Source of the DNA: Histomonas meleagridis 2922-C6/04-290x
Lineage: Eukaryota; Protista; Parabasalia
NCBI GenBank assembly: GCA_020184695.1
Contig: JAANOX010000244.1
Location: 62,001-126,000 of the forward strand
Reading direction: 5' to 3'
Length of the DNA stretch: 64,000 nt
Part shown: in pieces, positions 1-12,278 of the stretch
Layout of the letters: each line of letters begins with the position of its first letter
Position numbering within the stretch: the stretch's first letter is position 1
Position numbers and translations under genes: made by a program
The notes under the pieces: generated by a model
Seen by the model: the letters and a program-made list of their open reading frames with translations, nothing else
Told to the model about the DNA's origin: nothing
Databases searched by the model: none

Positions 1-85
1 TGTAAGGTCCTTTAGAGTAAGCACCAAGAATTGCATAGTCATTTTCGTCCATGTTTTGAAGGTTTGAATCTTCTTCGTCTCCCAT
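1..85 (-). CDS. 5' end of a probable 26S proteasome AAA-ATPase subunit (Rpt1/PSMC2-like); runs off the window
   Basis: Manual translation MGDEEDSNLQNMDENDYAILGAYSKGPY resembles the Rpt1 N-terminal DExDIALLKxYGxxPY motif. Only 28 codons are visible. Confidence 0.5.
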   Translation of the reverse strand, partial: MGDEEDSNLQNMDENDYAILGAYSKGPY

Positions 86-167
86 GTTATGTTGGCACTT
101 TTTAAGTTGGTTTCGATAAAAAGTGACCGTTTTTGAATTGGGAGTGGCGGTTTGGCCGACCTTTTGG
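86..167. promoter_or_regulatory. 82-bp bidirectional promoter with trichomonad M3 (GGCGGTT, 146-152) and M5 (CCTTT, 160-164) elements
   Basis: Both motifs lie directly upstream of the RPL18A ATG at 168. M3 and M5 are established T. vaginalis core-promoter elements, and M5 is typical of ribosomal protein genes. Confidence 0.65.
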
Positions 168-695
168 ATGCTCAAGAATTACGAGGTTATTGCTCGTCCT
201 TTACCAACTGAAGCTGTTCCAAACCCTGCAGCAATCCGTGTTCAAGTTTTCGCTCCTGATGAGGTCATCGCAAAATCCAAATTCTGGGGTGTTGCACGCC
301 GTATTGCTCGTCTTAAGAAATCTCATGGTGAAATCCTTGCTGTCAAACACGTAATTGAACCAGAACCAGAACGCGTTAAAAACTACGGTATTTGGTTAAC
401 ATATCGTGCAACAAATTCAATCAATAACATTTACAAGGAATTCCGTGATACAACTACAGAAGGTGCCGTCCTCCGTCTTTACCAAGAAATGGCTGGAACA
501 CACAATGTACAAGCAAAGAATATTTCCATCATTCGTGTAAGTGAAATTAAAAACGAAGATGTTGTTCACCATAATCTTCGTATGTTCCTGAATGATAATG
601 TAAAGTTCCCAATCCTCAAGAGACCAATTCGTCCAGCTCATTCATCACAAAAGAAGATTCTATCTACCAAACGTCCAACAGTTTGTGGGTTCTAA
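168..695 (+). CDS. RPL18A: 60S ribosomal protein L18a (eL20)
   Basis: ORF 123-695, first ATG at 168. Motifs YEVIARPLPT, FAPDEVIAKSKFW, VKNYGIWLTY and YKEFRDTTTEGAV..LYQEMA are typical of eL20. Confidence 0.93.
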   Translation: MLKNYEVIARPLPTEAVPNPAAIRVQVFAPDEVIAKSKFWGVARRIARLKKSHGEILAVKHVIEPEPERVKNYGIWLTYRATNSINNIYKEFRDTTTEGAVLRLYQEMAGTHNVQAKNISIIRVSEIKNEDVVHHNLRMFLNDNVKFPILKRPIRPAHSSQKKILSTKRPTVCGF

Positions 696-1784
696 AATAT
701 CCAATATTTAAGTTTTTTTTGTAGAAAAATCTTTTTTTTCCAGATGAACAATACGAATGACTTTTGGTAATGATTTCTTCAAAATCGACATAATTTATTT
801 CAACATGTTTTCAAAATCACAATCCAATGTCTCTGTTTCTGATTGCTAGAATGGGAGTTTAACACACTTTTTTCAGATAATGCTCGGTGACAATTTAACA
901 TGCTTTTTAATGTTTGATGTCAATAAATATTATTTTTGGATTTTTATGATGTCTTAAAAACTTAAAATGATTTTAAAATTGGACAAATAACTGATAAATA
1001 AGATGTGGTTAGTATGTTTTCTTCAATTTCATTGTGCATATTTGCAAGTAGCTAAATTCTTTCTTACATGAAAATTCTCTAAGAAAATTGATTGTTTTCA
1101 AAACTATTTTCTAAATTTATTGATTAATGAAACTTTTCAATATTGCATGTGTAAAAATTTAATATTTTGATGTCTTCACTCAACACTAATTTTTTCACAA
1201 GTATTAAATTTGCTAAATTATATCTGAGTTAAATACATTTTACTTATGATTAATAATTTGAATCATGTTTACAATTTTGATTTTGTGTTTTTCATATTCA
1301 TATATTACCATACATTTATGCTTAGCATTTACATTCTATGTAACTGTTAATCATATTTAAATTCATTTATTAATAAATTGATACAATGCTTACATACGTT
1401 TTAGCAACATTTAAATTATATGAGCATAAAATTAAAATTCATTCATTTCTATTTTATTTTGATTTACAAAAACATAGACTATAATCTAATAAGTAATTAA
1501 AAATCAACGTTAACAAATTTATAACCTTCATGATAAAATATATCGAATATTAAACTTATTTATCGATCAGAATTTCGTTTACGGAACATGAAAAAAAATT
1601 TTGGAATTTATCAAACATACAATCGTAATATTTTATAATTAAATTTTTAAATTTATTTAGAAAAATTATTGTTAAAATGTAACAACTTAAAACTAATAGT
1701 ATATTTCATGAACTAAATATCAAAAACATAAAGTCTTTTTAATACAATTGAACAAAACGCATTTTATTTAATCATTTCGCATAT

Positions 1785-2903
1785 TTATTGTTTCGTTGGC
1801 CTTAAAACACAAATATTTCCTTCTTTCGTCAAAACGTAGAAATTCGATTTATTATAACAAATTGAAAGCGGCGGAGATTCCAACGCTTTTACTGTTTTCG
1901 GCAGCAAATACGAATTTATGAAAACGAATGTTAACTCTGTTGATTCCGATGATCCAATCAGCAAGACGCCTCGTGGCTTCATCGCGCATAAAGTTTTTTG
2001 GTCGATATGCAAAACGTCAAATGTTTTGATGACTTTCTTGTCTTCCCACACAAGTAAATCATTTGAAACTGTAACGATTTTGTTTTCGCAAGTAAATATA
2101 TATTTTACGTTTTTCGAAACATTAAATTTTTCGATTTGTTGAAACAAATTGGAATCATAAACACTTGTGTAACCTGATTGATCAGTAATAATCAAATTTT
2201 GATCATTATCAGTAATTGAAGATATACGTAAGAAGTGATCAGGAATTATCATAATGCGCTGTGATGTTTCAATATCCCAAATTATCAATAAACCGCTCGA
2301 ATCGCCAGTTGCTAAATTTGCTTTAAATTGATGAATTGATGTAATTTCACACTTGTGGTAATCAAGTTTTGTGGTTTTATGAAGATCTTGGAGATTAAAA
2401 GTAATGATTATTCCTGATGTAAAACCAACATATAATCTTTCACTAGCATAAAAAAATGAAACACCACCAAGGTTTGTATATTTCCCATAATCAACTCGTT
2501 GAATTGATGATACTATAGAAAAATGATTTGTATCATAAGATTCAATGTTTCCATTTTCATAACATACACACATAAAGTGAGAAGCGCATGAAATGCATTT
2601 TGCATTACAACATGTAAGAACACATTGGCTTTGAATCGGAAATGATGATATTGCAATTAACTCAAGATCATGAATACGAAGAGAAATTTTGTCAAGTTCC
2701 TCGTTAGTTCTTTTTTCAAATTCAGAAATAATTTGAAAAAGGGTTTCTGCTTTAGTTTTTAATTCTTCTTTTGCTAAATAATATTCTTTTTGTAAATTCG
2801 ATAAATCTTGACTGCATTCCTCTTGTAATTGGGATAGCTGGTGAAATGATTCTTTGAGCATAATTATGCTTTCCTTTTGGTAAAGCGTTTTGCTTCCCAG
2901 CAT
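1785..2903 (-). CDS. Coiled-coil plus WD40-repeat protein
   Basis: N-terminal heptad region, then WD-like blades (LATGDSSGLLIIWDI, HFLRISSITD). First ATG at 2903. Confidence 0.7.
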   Translation of the reverse strand: MLGSKTLYQKESIIMLKESFHQLSQLQEECSQDLSNLQKEYYLAKEELKTKAETLFQIISEFEKRTNEELDKISLRIHDLELIAISSFPIQSQCVLTCCNAKCISCASHFMCVCYENGNIESYDTNHFSIVSSIQRVDYGKYTNLGGVSFFYASERLYVGFTSGIIITFNLQDLHKTTKLDYHKCEITSIHQFKANLATGDSSGLLIIWDIETSQRIMIIPDHFLRISSITDNDQNLIITDQSGYTSVYDSNLFQQIEKFNVSKNVKYIFTCENKIVTVSNDLLVWEDKKVIKTFDVLHIDQKTLCAMKPRGVLLIGSSESTELTFVFINSYLLPKTVKALESPPLSICYNKSNFYVLTKEGNICVLRPTKQ

Positions 2904-3115
2904 TACCCGGGGCACCCCAAAATATCCCTCATATTCTAAGTCAGACGAAAGTCAGAACTTATAAACAGCAAAACATTAACGATAAGAAAATGGTAAAATA
3001 ATAAAAAATATTCTTTATAAATTGGAATGCATTTTTATGCATAAGTAAAACAAAATTTATTAAAAAGTCTGTTTAGAACTTAAAAAAAGTCAATTAACGT
3101 CATACACAAAAGGTC

Positions 3116-4246
3116 TTATGTCCATGGGAGAAAATTAACAAATAAAGAAGTTCCTACTATTGCATAAGTCAAGCAAAATATAATCGCGAACTTACTTTTA
3201 GATTCAGCTAATGCCCACCATGCAGCTGGAGAAGCAGCCATCACCAATCTTGTTGTTACTTGCACATGTGCGAACAAAAGGGAAAACACTAACAAGAACA
3301 AGAAATGCATAAAATAAGGGAATACACCAACATTTTTTGTATTTTTAGCTTTCCATAAAAATGAAAAAGAAAAATAACAAATTGGAAATGCTAATGCAAT
3401 ATTTGGGATTTGATGAATTCTCCAATACTTAAGAAATCCAACGCCCCAATATTTACTTTGCACATATTGATAATGTCCTTTACCACACCATTCTGCAATA
3501 GGACAAAATTCCTTTTGACTATAAACATTAAAAAGTATCGAAGGAAGAAAAAGTAAACACCCAAAAACAAACAGAATTAAAGATTTAAACGAAAGTTTTA
3601 AACGAAATGTTAAAAGAGATAGGATAAATGATGTATAAATATTATAATTTGCTGATATATTAAAGGTAATCATTGTCGTAAGGATTTCATAAAAGAGAAA
3701 TCCGGCCGAAATGAATCCATTAGATCGAACACTTGAAGCTAAGAAAAAGGAAAGGAATGAAATAAAATAACGTTTCTTGGTTAACATTAGCATTCCAAAG
3801 AATGAAAGAAAAGAAAATAATGATTCTGTATATGGTGCAAATGTGAAGATTGATATTGGAGAAATACACCAAAATATCGATGTTCTATATGCAAATTGTT
3901 GTGAATATCCTACAGATATAGTTAACTCATAAAGTACAAGGCAATTAAGAACATAAAAAATTGAAGGAATAATTTGGGAAATCACCTCGATTGATAAAAA
4001 TCCAAATGTAATTTTATGAATAAACCTAATTAGAAGCGGTAGGCCAGGGAAAAATGCAAGTTCGTTTTCAAAGGTATATCCATTTTTTGCAATATCAACA
4101 AAATAAATAGAATCCCATTTAATAAAAGTTGAATTGGAATTTGATAAATCATAATCCTGTGTAATATTGTGCATAAAGAGCCCGAGTAATAATATGAATA
4201 ATCGATTTAATAGAGCATATATTAACAAACTTTTTTTGTTTCTCAT
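3116..4246 (-). CDS. PIGV: GPI mannosyltransferase 2 (PIG-V/Gpi18)
   Basis: Polytopic membrane protein with KWDSIYF..IAKNGY.FENELAFFPGLP, APYTESLFSFLSF, VRSNG, YVQSKYWGVGFLKYW...QIPN and HVQVTTR motifs. Confidence 0.88.
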   Translation of the reverse strand: MRNKKSLLIYALLNRLFILLLGLFMHNITQDYDLSNSNSTFIKWDSIYFVDIAKNGYTFENELAFFPGLPLLIRFIHKITFGFLSIEVISQIIPSIFYVLNCLVLYELTISVGYSQQFAYRTSIFWCISPISIFTFAPYTESLFSFLSFFGMLMLTKKRYFISFLSFFLASSVRSNGFISAGFLFYEILTTMITFNISANYNIYTSFILSLLTFRLKLSFKSLILFVFGCLLFLPSILFNVYSQKEFCPIAEWCGKGHYQYVQSKYWGVGFLKYWRIHQIPNIALAFPICYFSFSFLWKAKNTKNVGVFPYFMHFLFLLVFSLLFAHVQVTTRLVMAASPAAWWALAESKSKFAIIFCLTYAIVGTSLFVNFLPWT

Positions 4247-5048
4247 TATAAATAAACGGCTTTCATAAAATTACAAAGGAAGAAAGAAGCTCTTCGTTAG
4301 TAATACACATGAAATTTAATGTCATTTCGTCAACGAAAACTATATGAATTTATAAAATACAAATTTACAGGGTCAAAACTATATCTAAAAAATAATTTAA
4401 ACATTTCAAATTTAAAAATAATTGACAAAGAATTATTTAGAAACTATTAATTTTTTGATAGGCGTATCAATAGTTAAAACAATTGGTTTAAATTATTCAA
4501 CAAATTTTTACTTCATGTTAACATGAAGCGGAAATTTGTATGACTTCACCCTGTTCACTTTTTCTAGCATATAAAATTAATTGACTGATTTAAATAGTTT
4601 ATATATTGTAACCAATTTCACAAATTTGGTAATATAATGAAAATTTTGGGGAATAAATGCAAATATCACAAAATTAATACACAAATAAAGCCATACAATT
4701 TAAAATTAGGAAATACTTTCGGAAAGTAATTTCTATATAGAGATATAGACAAAAGTTATTCTTCTAAGCGACACTTTTGGAAAAATTGCCTTCAAAACAA
4801 ATTGAAAAAAATTGACCTTTTCAGGCGTATCAAAATTTACTCACTCTCATTTTTGACAATAACCGAAATCTTATATTTATTTTTTTATTTTGGTAACGAT
4901 TAAAAACCATTGAAAATCCGGGAAGCAACTGTCAAAAATTTGACCCAGCTGATATGAAAATGTATTCCATAGTTTACAGGACAACTGTTGCGTAAGCTAT
5001 TACGGTTACCCATTGAAATTTGTTGGGGCTTTGGAGGTTTTTTTACAA

Positions 5049-8000
5049 ATGAACCAAGGAGAAATCTTTTGGGATTTCAAGCCAGAAACATTTATTTCAC
5101 ACAGATATTCCCCCTTATGCGCTCTTTATGTTGAAGATAAACTAAATGAAATCATCAAAGATTCAAAAGTTACATTCAATGATATCTTTTTAGCACTTGG
5201 TCTTAAAGCTAAACCTCCAGTTAGAATTTTGGATGTAGAAACTATGGACTTGGCTCGCTATATTAATATGGAGAAAGAAGTTTTAGATGAAACAATAGCA
5301 TATTCACAAAGCTTTGTTACACCTGAATTCGAAGAAAGTGGTAAGATAATACCACAAAAATCTCCAGTCCAAAAGTGGCTTCCAGAAACCTTAAAATATC
5401 CATCATCAGATGCTGCTAATCCTCCATGGTATACTTCAATGACACGGAAATTATTTTCATCACAATTCTATTTAAACATGGATTTCTGTGATTTCCCACA
5501 ATGTATTGCCTATGTTTCAGATGGCGGATCTTCATCAAAATCAGCTGATGATGTTCGTAAATTAATAAAATTCCCTGAATGGATGGTAGAATTTAAGAGC
5601 ACCATTCCTATTCTTCACATTGTTATTCAAGATAAATCTTCAGAAAATTCCAAACCTCCCAAAGGCAGTTTTGATGAATTATTCTGTGTCACAATTGAAT
5701 TCAACAAATCCACGCCAACAACACCTACACATAACACACTTACCAATTTCTTTTCACATCATCCTAATTTTGATGATCCTGATTTTTGCAAAAATCTTAA
5801 TGATAGTGACTTGGTTAAACTTAACGACTCACTTCCAATCATTCGTTCACTTCAAAAGATGCACATTGATCCGTTTCTTCAACAATGCGAAAGCACCATC
5901 ACAAATTCTAAGCAGCTGAAAAACCGTTTAAAGGGGTGGATTCAAAAAGGCAAAAAGCCCGACAAGACGACCGTTTACATGGGTATCCCCATGCGGAAGA
6001 TCACCCGTTTACAGCTTGCATCTTTATATATGATCACAGGTCGTTATAAAGAAGCTCGTTCGATGTATAAAGAATTTTACATGTCATTAAAGAATGGGAT
6101 CTTTCCTGACCTTCGATTATTTGGTGAATTCATGGCAGCTTTATCAGCATCAGCACAACCGAACATGCAAAAGAAGTTCCATGACGGAATTAACTCCGTC
6201 TTTAATGACATGAACATCACCACACAAAACATACGCTTTGTCACCATGATACCATTATTAATTGCTGAGATATATCAAGTCACACATAATCGTTCAGAAG
6301 CTATTAAATTATTAATCAAAGCCACAGATAACATTATGGTATTCTCAAGTTTTAATCCACAAATTCGCACAGCATTAATTGCATTAATCTATGAACGAAT
6401 ATCAGGTTTAGAGAAGTCGAAAAAGAAGAGCTTATTTTATACTGCTAAAGCATGTTTAAAGTATAAAGAAGCGAATTTATTAAATCATTCATTACGATGT
6501 TCATTATGGGTACTTAAAGAATTACCACCGAACAATTGGCATTTTCTATATCAATTTACAATGTATCATAAGTTAAACACATTAAATCAATTAAATGAAT
6601 ATCCACGTGTTATCAAAGGATGTAAAGAAATGTTATCATTAGAAAATGATTTAATGCCATCATTACATAATAATATTATAACTGAGTTTTTATCCGTCTT
6701 TAAAAATCAATCATATGAACCGAATGAAGAAGAGAAACGAATTAAATCATTATTAACAGTTGGTAAGTTACGATTATGTTCATATAATAATCCAGAATAT
6801 TGGGGTTATGATTCTAAGTCATTTAAGAAGTTAATGCATTTTTATAATTATTATTTAAGTTTACATTCGAAATCAGATATATCATTTAAGACTATGTGGT
6901 CAAGTAACAGTGATTCGAAAGAAGAAATGAACACAAGTAAAATAGTTCGAGTAGGAGATGAAGTACGAATAACAGTACCACTATATAATCATTTTAAGTT
7001 TGATATATTACTTAAGAAAGTTATTTTATTTGCTAATTATGAAGGGAAAGATAATAATCAAAAACATTTTAGTATTAATGAAATTAATGATAAAAATATT
7101 CCTGGTAATAATAAGAATAATAAGCCAACAATTATCGAATTTAAATTTGTTCCTTTATCTGAAGGTATATTTACTATTAATAAATTCATAAAGAATTATT
7201 GGGGCTTAGTCGAAACAGAAGTAGAATGTAAACCTTTAGTGTTTAAAGCAGTACGAAATTATCCCAAATTAAATATGGAATTAATTGGATTTAAGAATTC
7301 GATATATGAATATCAATGTATTCAATTCCAAATTAAAATTACAAACGTTGGTAATACTACAATTGATTCTGGTAATACATTTTTAGTTTATGATAGATCA
7401 AATTGGTTACAAACTGAAGATAAAAAAGAAAATATTTTACCATCTAAAAATAAAGCAAGTTCTTCATCACATAATAATAACTTCGATATTATTAAAATAG
7501 ATCATTCATTAAAGCCTAACGAATCAACAACATTAAAAATGTTACTTAGAGCTGATAAAAGTGGTAAATTCCATTTCCATTTCGTTGTTGTAGTTGATGA
7601 TTGCCGAATATTTTATATGGTGAAGACTTTAAAGGTTATGCAATCGATAAAAACGGATTTGTTATTCTTCCCAAAGCCCAATGACACATTAAATACATTG
7701 TTGTTATGTTCAATAACTTCAATGATTAATAATGTGAACTTAATCGGATTCGTAAATTCAAATGGTAAAATGTTGAAAAGTATTATGGATCAAAAGAATG
7801 TTATCCAAAAGAATCAAACATTTTCATTCATATCTTTCTCTGGAGTAGAAACTAATAATGAAATCGAAGCTTGGAAAAAACATTTCTTGGGAGAAAATCA
7901 GGTTTCTTTGTTGTTTAACTTCGGCGGTGATGAAATAGCAATGAAAAGCTTCCAAATGATTCCAAAATCTGAAAGTTTGAACTTGATTTTGGAAATTAAC

Positions 8001-8342
8001 AATAAATTTAACGTTAAATTGGGCTCAAAATTGAATTGCAAAGTGACGCTGAAACAACCGCCAAAAACCGACTTCAAAATTTACTTACAACCGGCGCCGT
8101 TAATCCTCGATGAACAAATAGCTTCTAAATCTAGCGAAACGAAATTCGCGGGGTGCCAATGGGTAGGAATGAGAAAGGCTTTGTTGTCAAAGGAAAATAA
8201 TTGGACCGCAATATTTAACTTCATTCCTTTCGCTTACGGAATTTATAAGATTCCTTCATTTATCGTAGCGTTCGACGATGGACCAAGCCAACACCCAATT
8301 AATTTGACAACTACATTCCATGTGCTTCCAATCGAGAATTAA
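5049..8342 (+). CDS. TRAPP III subunit Trs85/TRAPPC8-like protein
   Basis: About 1100 aa. Central helical region (RLQLASLYMITGRYKEARSMY; KKKSLFYTAKA...LNHSLRC) followed by Ig-like beta domains, matching TRAPPC8 architecture. Confidence 0.65.
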   Translation: MNQGEIFWDFKPETFISHRYSPLCALYVEDKLNEIIKDSKVTFNDIFLALGLKAKPPVRILDVETMDLARYINMEKEVLDETIAYSQSFVTPEFEESGKIIPQKSPVQKWLPETLKYPSSDAANPPWYTSMTRKLFSSQFYLNMDFCDFPQCIAYVSDGGSSSKSADDVRKLIKFPEWMVEFKSTIPILHIVIQDKSSENSKPPKGSFDELFCVTIEFNKSTPTTPTHNTLTNFFSHHPNFDDPDFCKNLNDSDLVKLNDSLPIIRSLQKMHIDPFLQQCESTITNSKQLKNRLKGWIQKGKKPDKTTVYMGIPMRKITRLQLASLYMITGRYKEARSMYKEFYMSLKNGIFPDLRLFGEFMAALSASAQPNMQKKFHDGINSVFNDMNITTQNIRFVTMIPLLIAEIYQVTHNRSEAIKLLIKATDNIMVFSSFNPQIRTALIALIYERISGLEKSKKKSLFYTAKACLKYKEANLLNHSLRCSLWVLKELPPNNWHFLYQFTMYHKLNTLNQLNEYPRVIKGCKEMLSLENDLMPSLHNNIITEFLSVFKNQSYEPNEEEKRIKSLLTVGKLRLCSYNNPEYWGYDSKSFKKLMHFYNYYLSLHSKSDISFKTMWSSNSDSKEEMNTSKIVRVGDEVRITVPLYNHFKFDILLKKVILFANYEGKDNNQKHFSINEINDKNIPGNNKNNKPTIIEFKFVPLSEGIFTINKFIKNYWGLVETEVECKPLVFKAVRNYPKLNMELIGFKNSIYEYQCIQFQIKITNVGNTTIDSGNTFLVYDRSNWLQTEDKKENILPSKNKASSSSHNNNFDIIKIDHSLKPNESTTLKMLLRADKSGKFHFHFVVVVDDCRIFYMVKTLKVMQSIKTDLLFFPKPNDTLNTLLLCSITSMINNVNLIGFVNSNGKMLKSIMDQKNVIQKNQTFSFISFSGVETNNEIEAWKKHFLGENQVSLLFNFGGDEIAMKSFQMIPKSESLNLILEINNKFNVKLGSKLNCKVTLKQPPKTDFKIYLQPAPLILDEQIASKSSETKFAGCQWVGMRKALLSKENNWTAIFNFIPFAYGIYKIPSFIVAFDDGPSQHPINLTTTFHVLPIEN

Positions 8343-8946
8343 CATTGCGAACTTTTTAATTAAAAAATGAAAATTTCGTGATTTTGTGAAAAGTGCCAAA
8401 TATTGTGAGTGACGATGCCAGCGGATTGAGTCGCACTTGAGTGCCTTATGTGCAATTTAAAGAAGAGACTGAAGGCTTTCTGCCGAACATTTAATTTTTT
8501 TTGGCTCATTATTGTGATAAGCATCGTAGCAGTTTTTTGAATGTCAAGACGATCAATTTCAGCAAAAACTGTCGTTATAAAAATACGATAAATATTCAAT
8601 CTGTTCCAAGAACTTCAAATCTTGATAGGACTGTAACGTTTGAATGATCATTGTGCAACTTTTTGAAATGAATATTTTTTGTGATAAAACGGATATTTTG
8701 CCATCGTTTGAAAAAGAAGTATCGTCATTTATGAATAAATTTTTTTCTGGATGAATGGTTTCTTGTGCAATCCAAAATAAATTTATGAGGGTCTTTATTC
8801 TCTTCGAATTACCAAAATCATTATTTGATTACGAAATCATCTTGGTTATGTTTTCATCTCATCAGAAACAACGGAAAAAGATTTGTGCGATTTTAATGGT
8901 TTTACACAATATTTCAATACTTAACCTTTTTCTATGATAATAGAAA

Positions 8947-11775
8947 ATGCTATTGTTTTTGCCTTGTTTTTCCTATTCACTAATTGAAGTTCTTATAAAC
9001 AAAAATATTCATGTGACCGGTGGAAACTTACGTGAAATATATTATAATGCGTTAGATATTGACAACTCAACAGATTTCTCACAATTTGAAATTCTTAGTG
9101 GGGAAATTACATATGATTTTAACGTCTATGACATGCTTCATCAAATTCGTTCTTTTTCAGTTTATGATAATGTTTCTGTTGAAAGCAATGTCCTCAAAAT
9201 GATTTTCGTAAGCTTGCTCAATGTGATCAACATTTCTATAGAAACTAAGATCGAAATTGACGATGACCCATCTTTTCTTATGGGATTCGAATATTGCACA
9301 CAATTGAAATATATTTATTTTGCTAATATCTCTCGATTCGAAGAAAATTTATTTAAGAATTGCTACAAGCTAATTTCTGTTGAAGCGCCTGCTTTGAATT
9401 ATATTGGGAAACATGCATTCCAAATGTGCATAGATCTTGAAACAATCATAGCTCCAAATGTTATAAACATATCAGATTATGCGTTTTACCATTGCACAAT
9501 GTTAAAGAACGTTGATTTCCCAAACCTTATAAATTGTGGGGATAGTGTCTTTGAATATTGTTCAATCATATCTATAAATTTTCCGTTTCTAGAAAATGTT
9601 TCCTCACGTATGTTTTTATCATGTGAAGACATGACAATTGCTAATTTATCAAGTGCCGTATACATAGGCGCATATGCCTTTTTTCAATGTTTTTTTCTTC
9701 GCGAAGTGAACATTCCAAAAGTCGAACGAATTTCAGAAGGTGCGTTCAATAACAATTATCGCATTGAGAAACTTAATTTACCTTCTCTTGTATCAGCTGA
9801 CGGTAATTTTATTGTTGAATGCTATCAGCTAAAAACAATATCAATGCCGAAGTTGGAACGTATCCCAGATAACATGTTTGCTAATTTGACTTTTCTACCT
9901 GAACTATATATGCCTAATGTTACATCAATCGGAAAACACGCTTTTGAAAATGTTGATTTCGGTAACAATAGTAACGTTTTTACTAATCTTAAGATCACAG
10001 AAATTGATGATTATGCATTTTGTAATCTTAAGTTGTTAGGTATTCTATTGTTTAATTATTGTGAATACGTAGGAAATTATGCATTTTATGCTTTAGATTC
10101 ATCAGATCTTCGATTACCAAATGTTAAATCGTGTGGTCATTATGCATTTGGTGAGACTTATGTTTCTAATTTTTATTTTCCTTTGCTTGAGACATGTGGT
10201 GATTATGCATTTTCAAATAATATATATTTAGAAAATATCACATTTCCACAACTTAAAAATATCGGAAATAATCCATTTGAAGGTTGTAAATGTTTAACAG
10301 TAATTAATTTACCAAGCTTAACGAATGCAAGCGATTATTTCATATCTCAAGTTGATATGAATACATTTGAATTTTTAAATTTAAAATACATCGGATCAAA
10401 TGCGTTTACGAATGCATGTGATATTGTCGAAGTGATAAATTTGCCGAATGCATTAATTATTGGCGATTATTTTCTTAATAATTGTTATAAAGTTACAAAT
10501 ATTTCATTACCAAAACTTGAACGAATTGGTTCATATGCATTTTATAATTGCAGTAATTTAATTAATGTTTCATTACCGAAACTTAAGAGTTTCACAACAG
10601 AGTTATTTTGTTGTTGTAATTTAATTCGAATTCTTTATTTACCCGAACTTAATCTTATTGGTAATCATTTTTTATGTGATTGTTATAATATTACAAATGT
10701 AAGTATACCAAATGTTGAAACCATTAACAACACAGCATTTGTTAATTGTAGTTCATTAACAGAACTTTCATTAAATTCAGTTACAAAAGTTATATACGGT
10801 CCAATTGCGATTCAATGTCAATCATTAAAAATCATACAAATGAATTCACTTACACATTCTCCTTCATCATTATTTTATAATATTGAAAGTCTTGAAAATG
10901 TTTCACTTAAAGAAATAAATGAAATAAAAAATTACACATTTTATAATTGTCGAAATTTACGCGAACTTTATATACCTAAAGTAACAGTCATTGGTTCAAC
11001 TGTATCAGGTTATGAATTTTCTAATTGTTCATCACTTGAAACACTTAATTTACCAACACTTACAAATATTTTTGGGACAAATACATTCCAATATTGCACA
11101 TCATTAAAATCAGTCAACTTCTCGAAATTAAAAGAAATCAGTGAATATTCATTTTTAGGATGTAAAAATCTGATTAGCGTTTCAATTCTAAATGTTCAAA
11201 CACTTCCTTCGTATTGTTTCAAAGATTGCGTTTCATTGGAAACTCTTTTACTTAATGGAGTTACCGAATTTAAAGGAGACGGACATTTCTCAGGATGTAT
11301 CAATTTGAAAGAATTAAACATATCGAAATTAGACAAAGTCAATAAAAGCTCAACAAAAATCTTTGAAAATTGTGGAAAATTGGACATTATCGCTTTGCCA
11401 GATAGACAACCAGAAACATTTAATGATGATGTATTTGATACTGCGCCCAAAGAGAGCATAAGCATTTGTCTGCCTAAAGAGGATTCGTACGACAATTATA
11501 AGGATGAAGACTGTTCCGGATCGAACTGCGACATGTGGAAAGGAGTCAATATCGAAACTGACGATCAATTAGAAGATAAATGTAAAAAATATTCGAAATT
11601 CGTCAATAGCGGTATGCCGACAAGTGTTATAATAGCGCTTTCGTGTTTTGGAGGAGTGATTTTGATTTCAGGATTTGTATTACTGTTCTATCTGTATAGA
11701 AAGAACAAAGCTGAAAGAGAAACACTTGAAAACATGCCGCACTTAAGCATATCAATAGTTGACACTGTTATTTAG
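8947..11775 (+). CDS. BspA-like leucine-rich-repeat surface protein, type I membrane
   Basis: Signal-like N-terminus, many TpLRR repeats (LPxLxxIGxxAFxxCxxL), C-terminal TM helix (VIIALSCFGGVILISGFVLLFYLY) and a short cytosolic tail. Confidence 0.88.
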   Translation: MLLFLPCFSYSLIEVLINKNIHVTGGNLREIYYNALDIDNSTDFSQFEILSGEITYDFNVYDMLHQIRSFSVYDNVSVESNVLKMIFVSLLNVINISIETKIEIDDDPSFLMGFEYCTQLKYIYFANISRFEENLFKNCYKLISVEAPALNYIGKHAFQMCIDLETIIAPNVINISDYAFYHCTMLKNVDFPNLINCGDSVFEYCSIISINFPFLENVSSRMFLSCEDMTIANLSSAVYIGAYAFFQCFFLREVNIPKVERISEGAFNNNYRIEKLNLPSLVSADGNFIVECYQLKTISMPKLERIPDNMFANLTFLPELYMPNVTSIGKHAFENVDFGNNSNVFTNLKITEIDDYAFCNLKLLGILLFNYCEYVGNYAFYALDSSDLRLPNVKSCGHYAFGETYVSNFYFPLLETCGDYAFSNNIYLENITFPQLKNIGNNPFEGCKCLTVINLPSLTNASDYFISQVDMNTFEFLNLKYIGSNAFTNACDIVEVINLPNALIIGDYFLNNCYKVTNISLPKLERIGSYAFYNCSNLINVSLPKLKSFTTELFCCCNLIRILYLPELNLIGNHFLCDCYNITNVSIPNVETINNTAFVNCSSLTELSLNSVTKVIYGPIAIQCQSLKIIQMNSLTHSPSSLFYNIESLENVSLKEINEIKNYTFYNCRNLRELYIPKVTVIGSTVSGYEFSNCSSLETLNLPTLTNIFGTNTFQYCTSLKSVNFSKLKEISEYSFLGCKNLISVSILNVQTLPSYCFKDCVSLETLLLNGVTEFKGDGHFSGCINLKELNISKLDKVNKSSTKIFENCGKLDIIALPDRQPETFNDDVFDTAPKESISICLPKEDSYDNYKDEDCSGSNCDMWKGVNIETDDQLEDKCKKYSKFVNSGMPTSVIIALSCFGGVILISGFVLLFYLYRKNKAERETLENMPHLSISIVDTVI

Positions 11776-12278
11776 TTAGATGTAAAAAAATTACAATTCC
11801 GACTTTGTTTAGATGTAACTTATATTATGATAATTACCAAAATATTAATTTCGAATTTTGTGTTTTGCATGACTGATGGATTCATAGCATAAAACACAGT
11901 GATTTGAGTTAAATATAAATTATATTTCATTTTAGGTTGGATAAATTTATGTAAGACAACCTCGGGTAATAAACAGTCTTTTAAAAAAAATATATATTTT
12001 TCTTTCTTGTGTTTGGGAATATTTATAGAGACATAATTTACTAAATCCCATTTGACAAATAATCAAAACAAATAATAATAATAATTCAATGCTAAAAATA
12101 GAAGAATTTGAAAAATAACAATGTGTTCATCACAAACCTAACTTACACCAAGAATCCCCTAAGTAAATATACTTAAATTTGTTTTTAATAATTAAATGAG
12201 GATGCAAAATCATTCACAAACCAAAGCGGAAGATGAACAACATCGAAAAGCGTCAAATAGTAACCATTCATTTTCATT

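Noticed and set aside
8935-8943. TGA TAA TAG in tandem just before the BspA ATG at 8947, ending ORF 8755-8937
   Set aside because: Single occurrence in AT-rich DNA, and the upstream ORF has no recognisable homology; likely chance.
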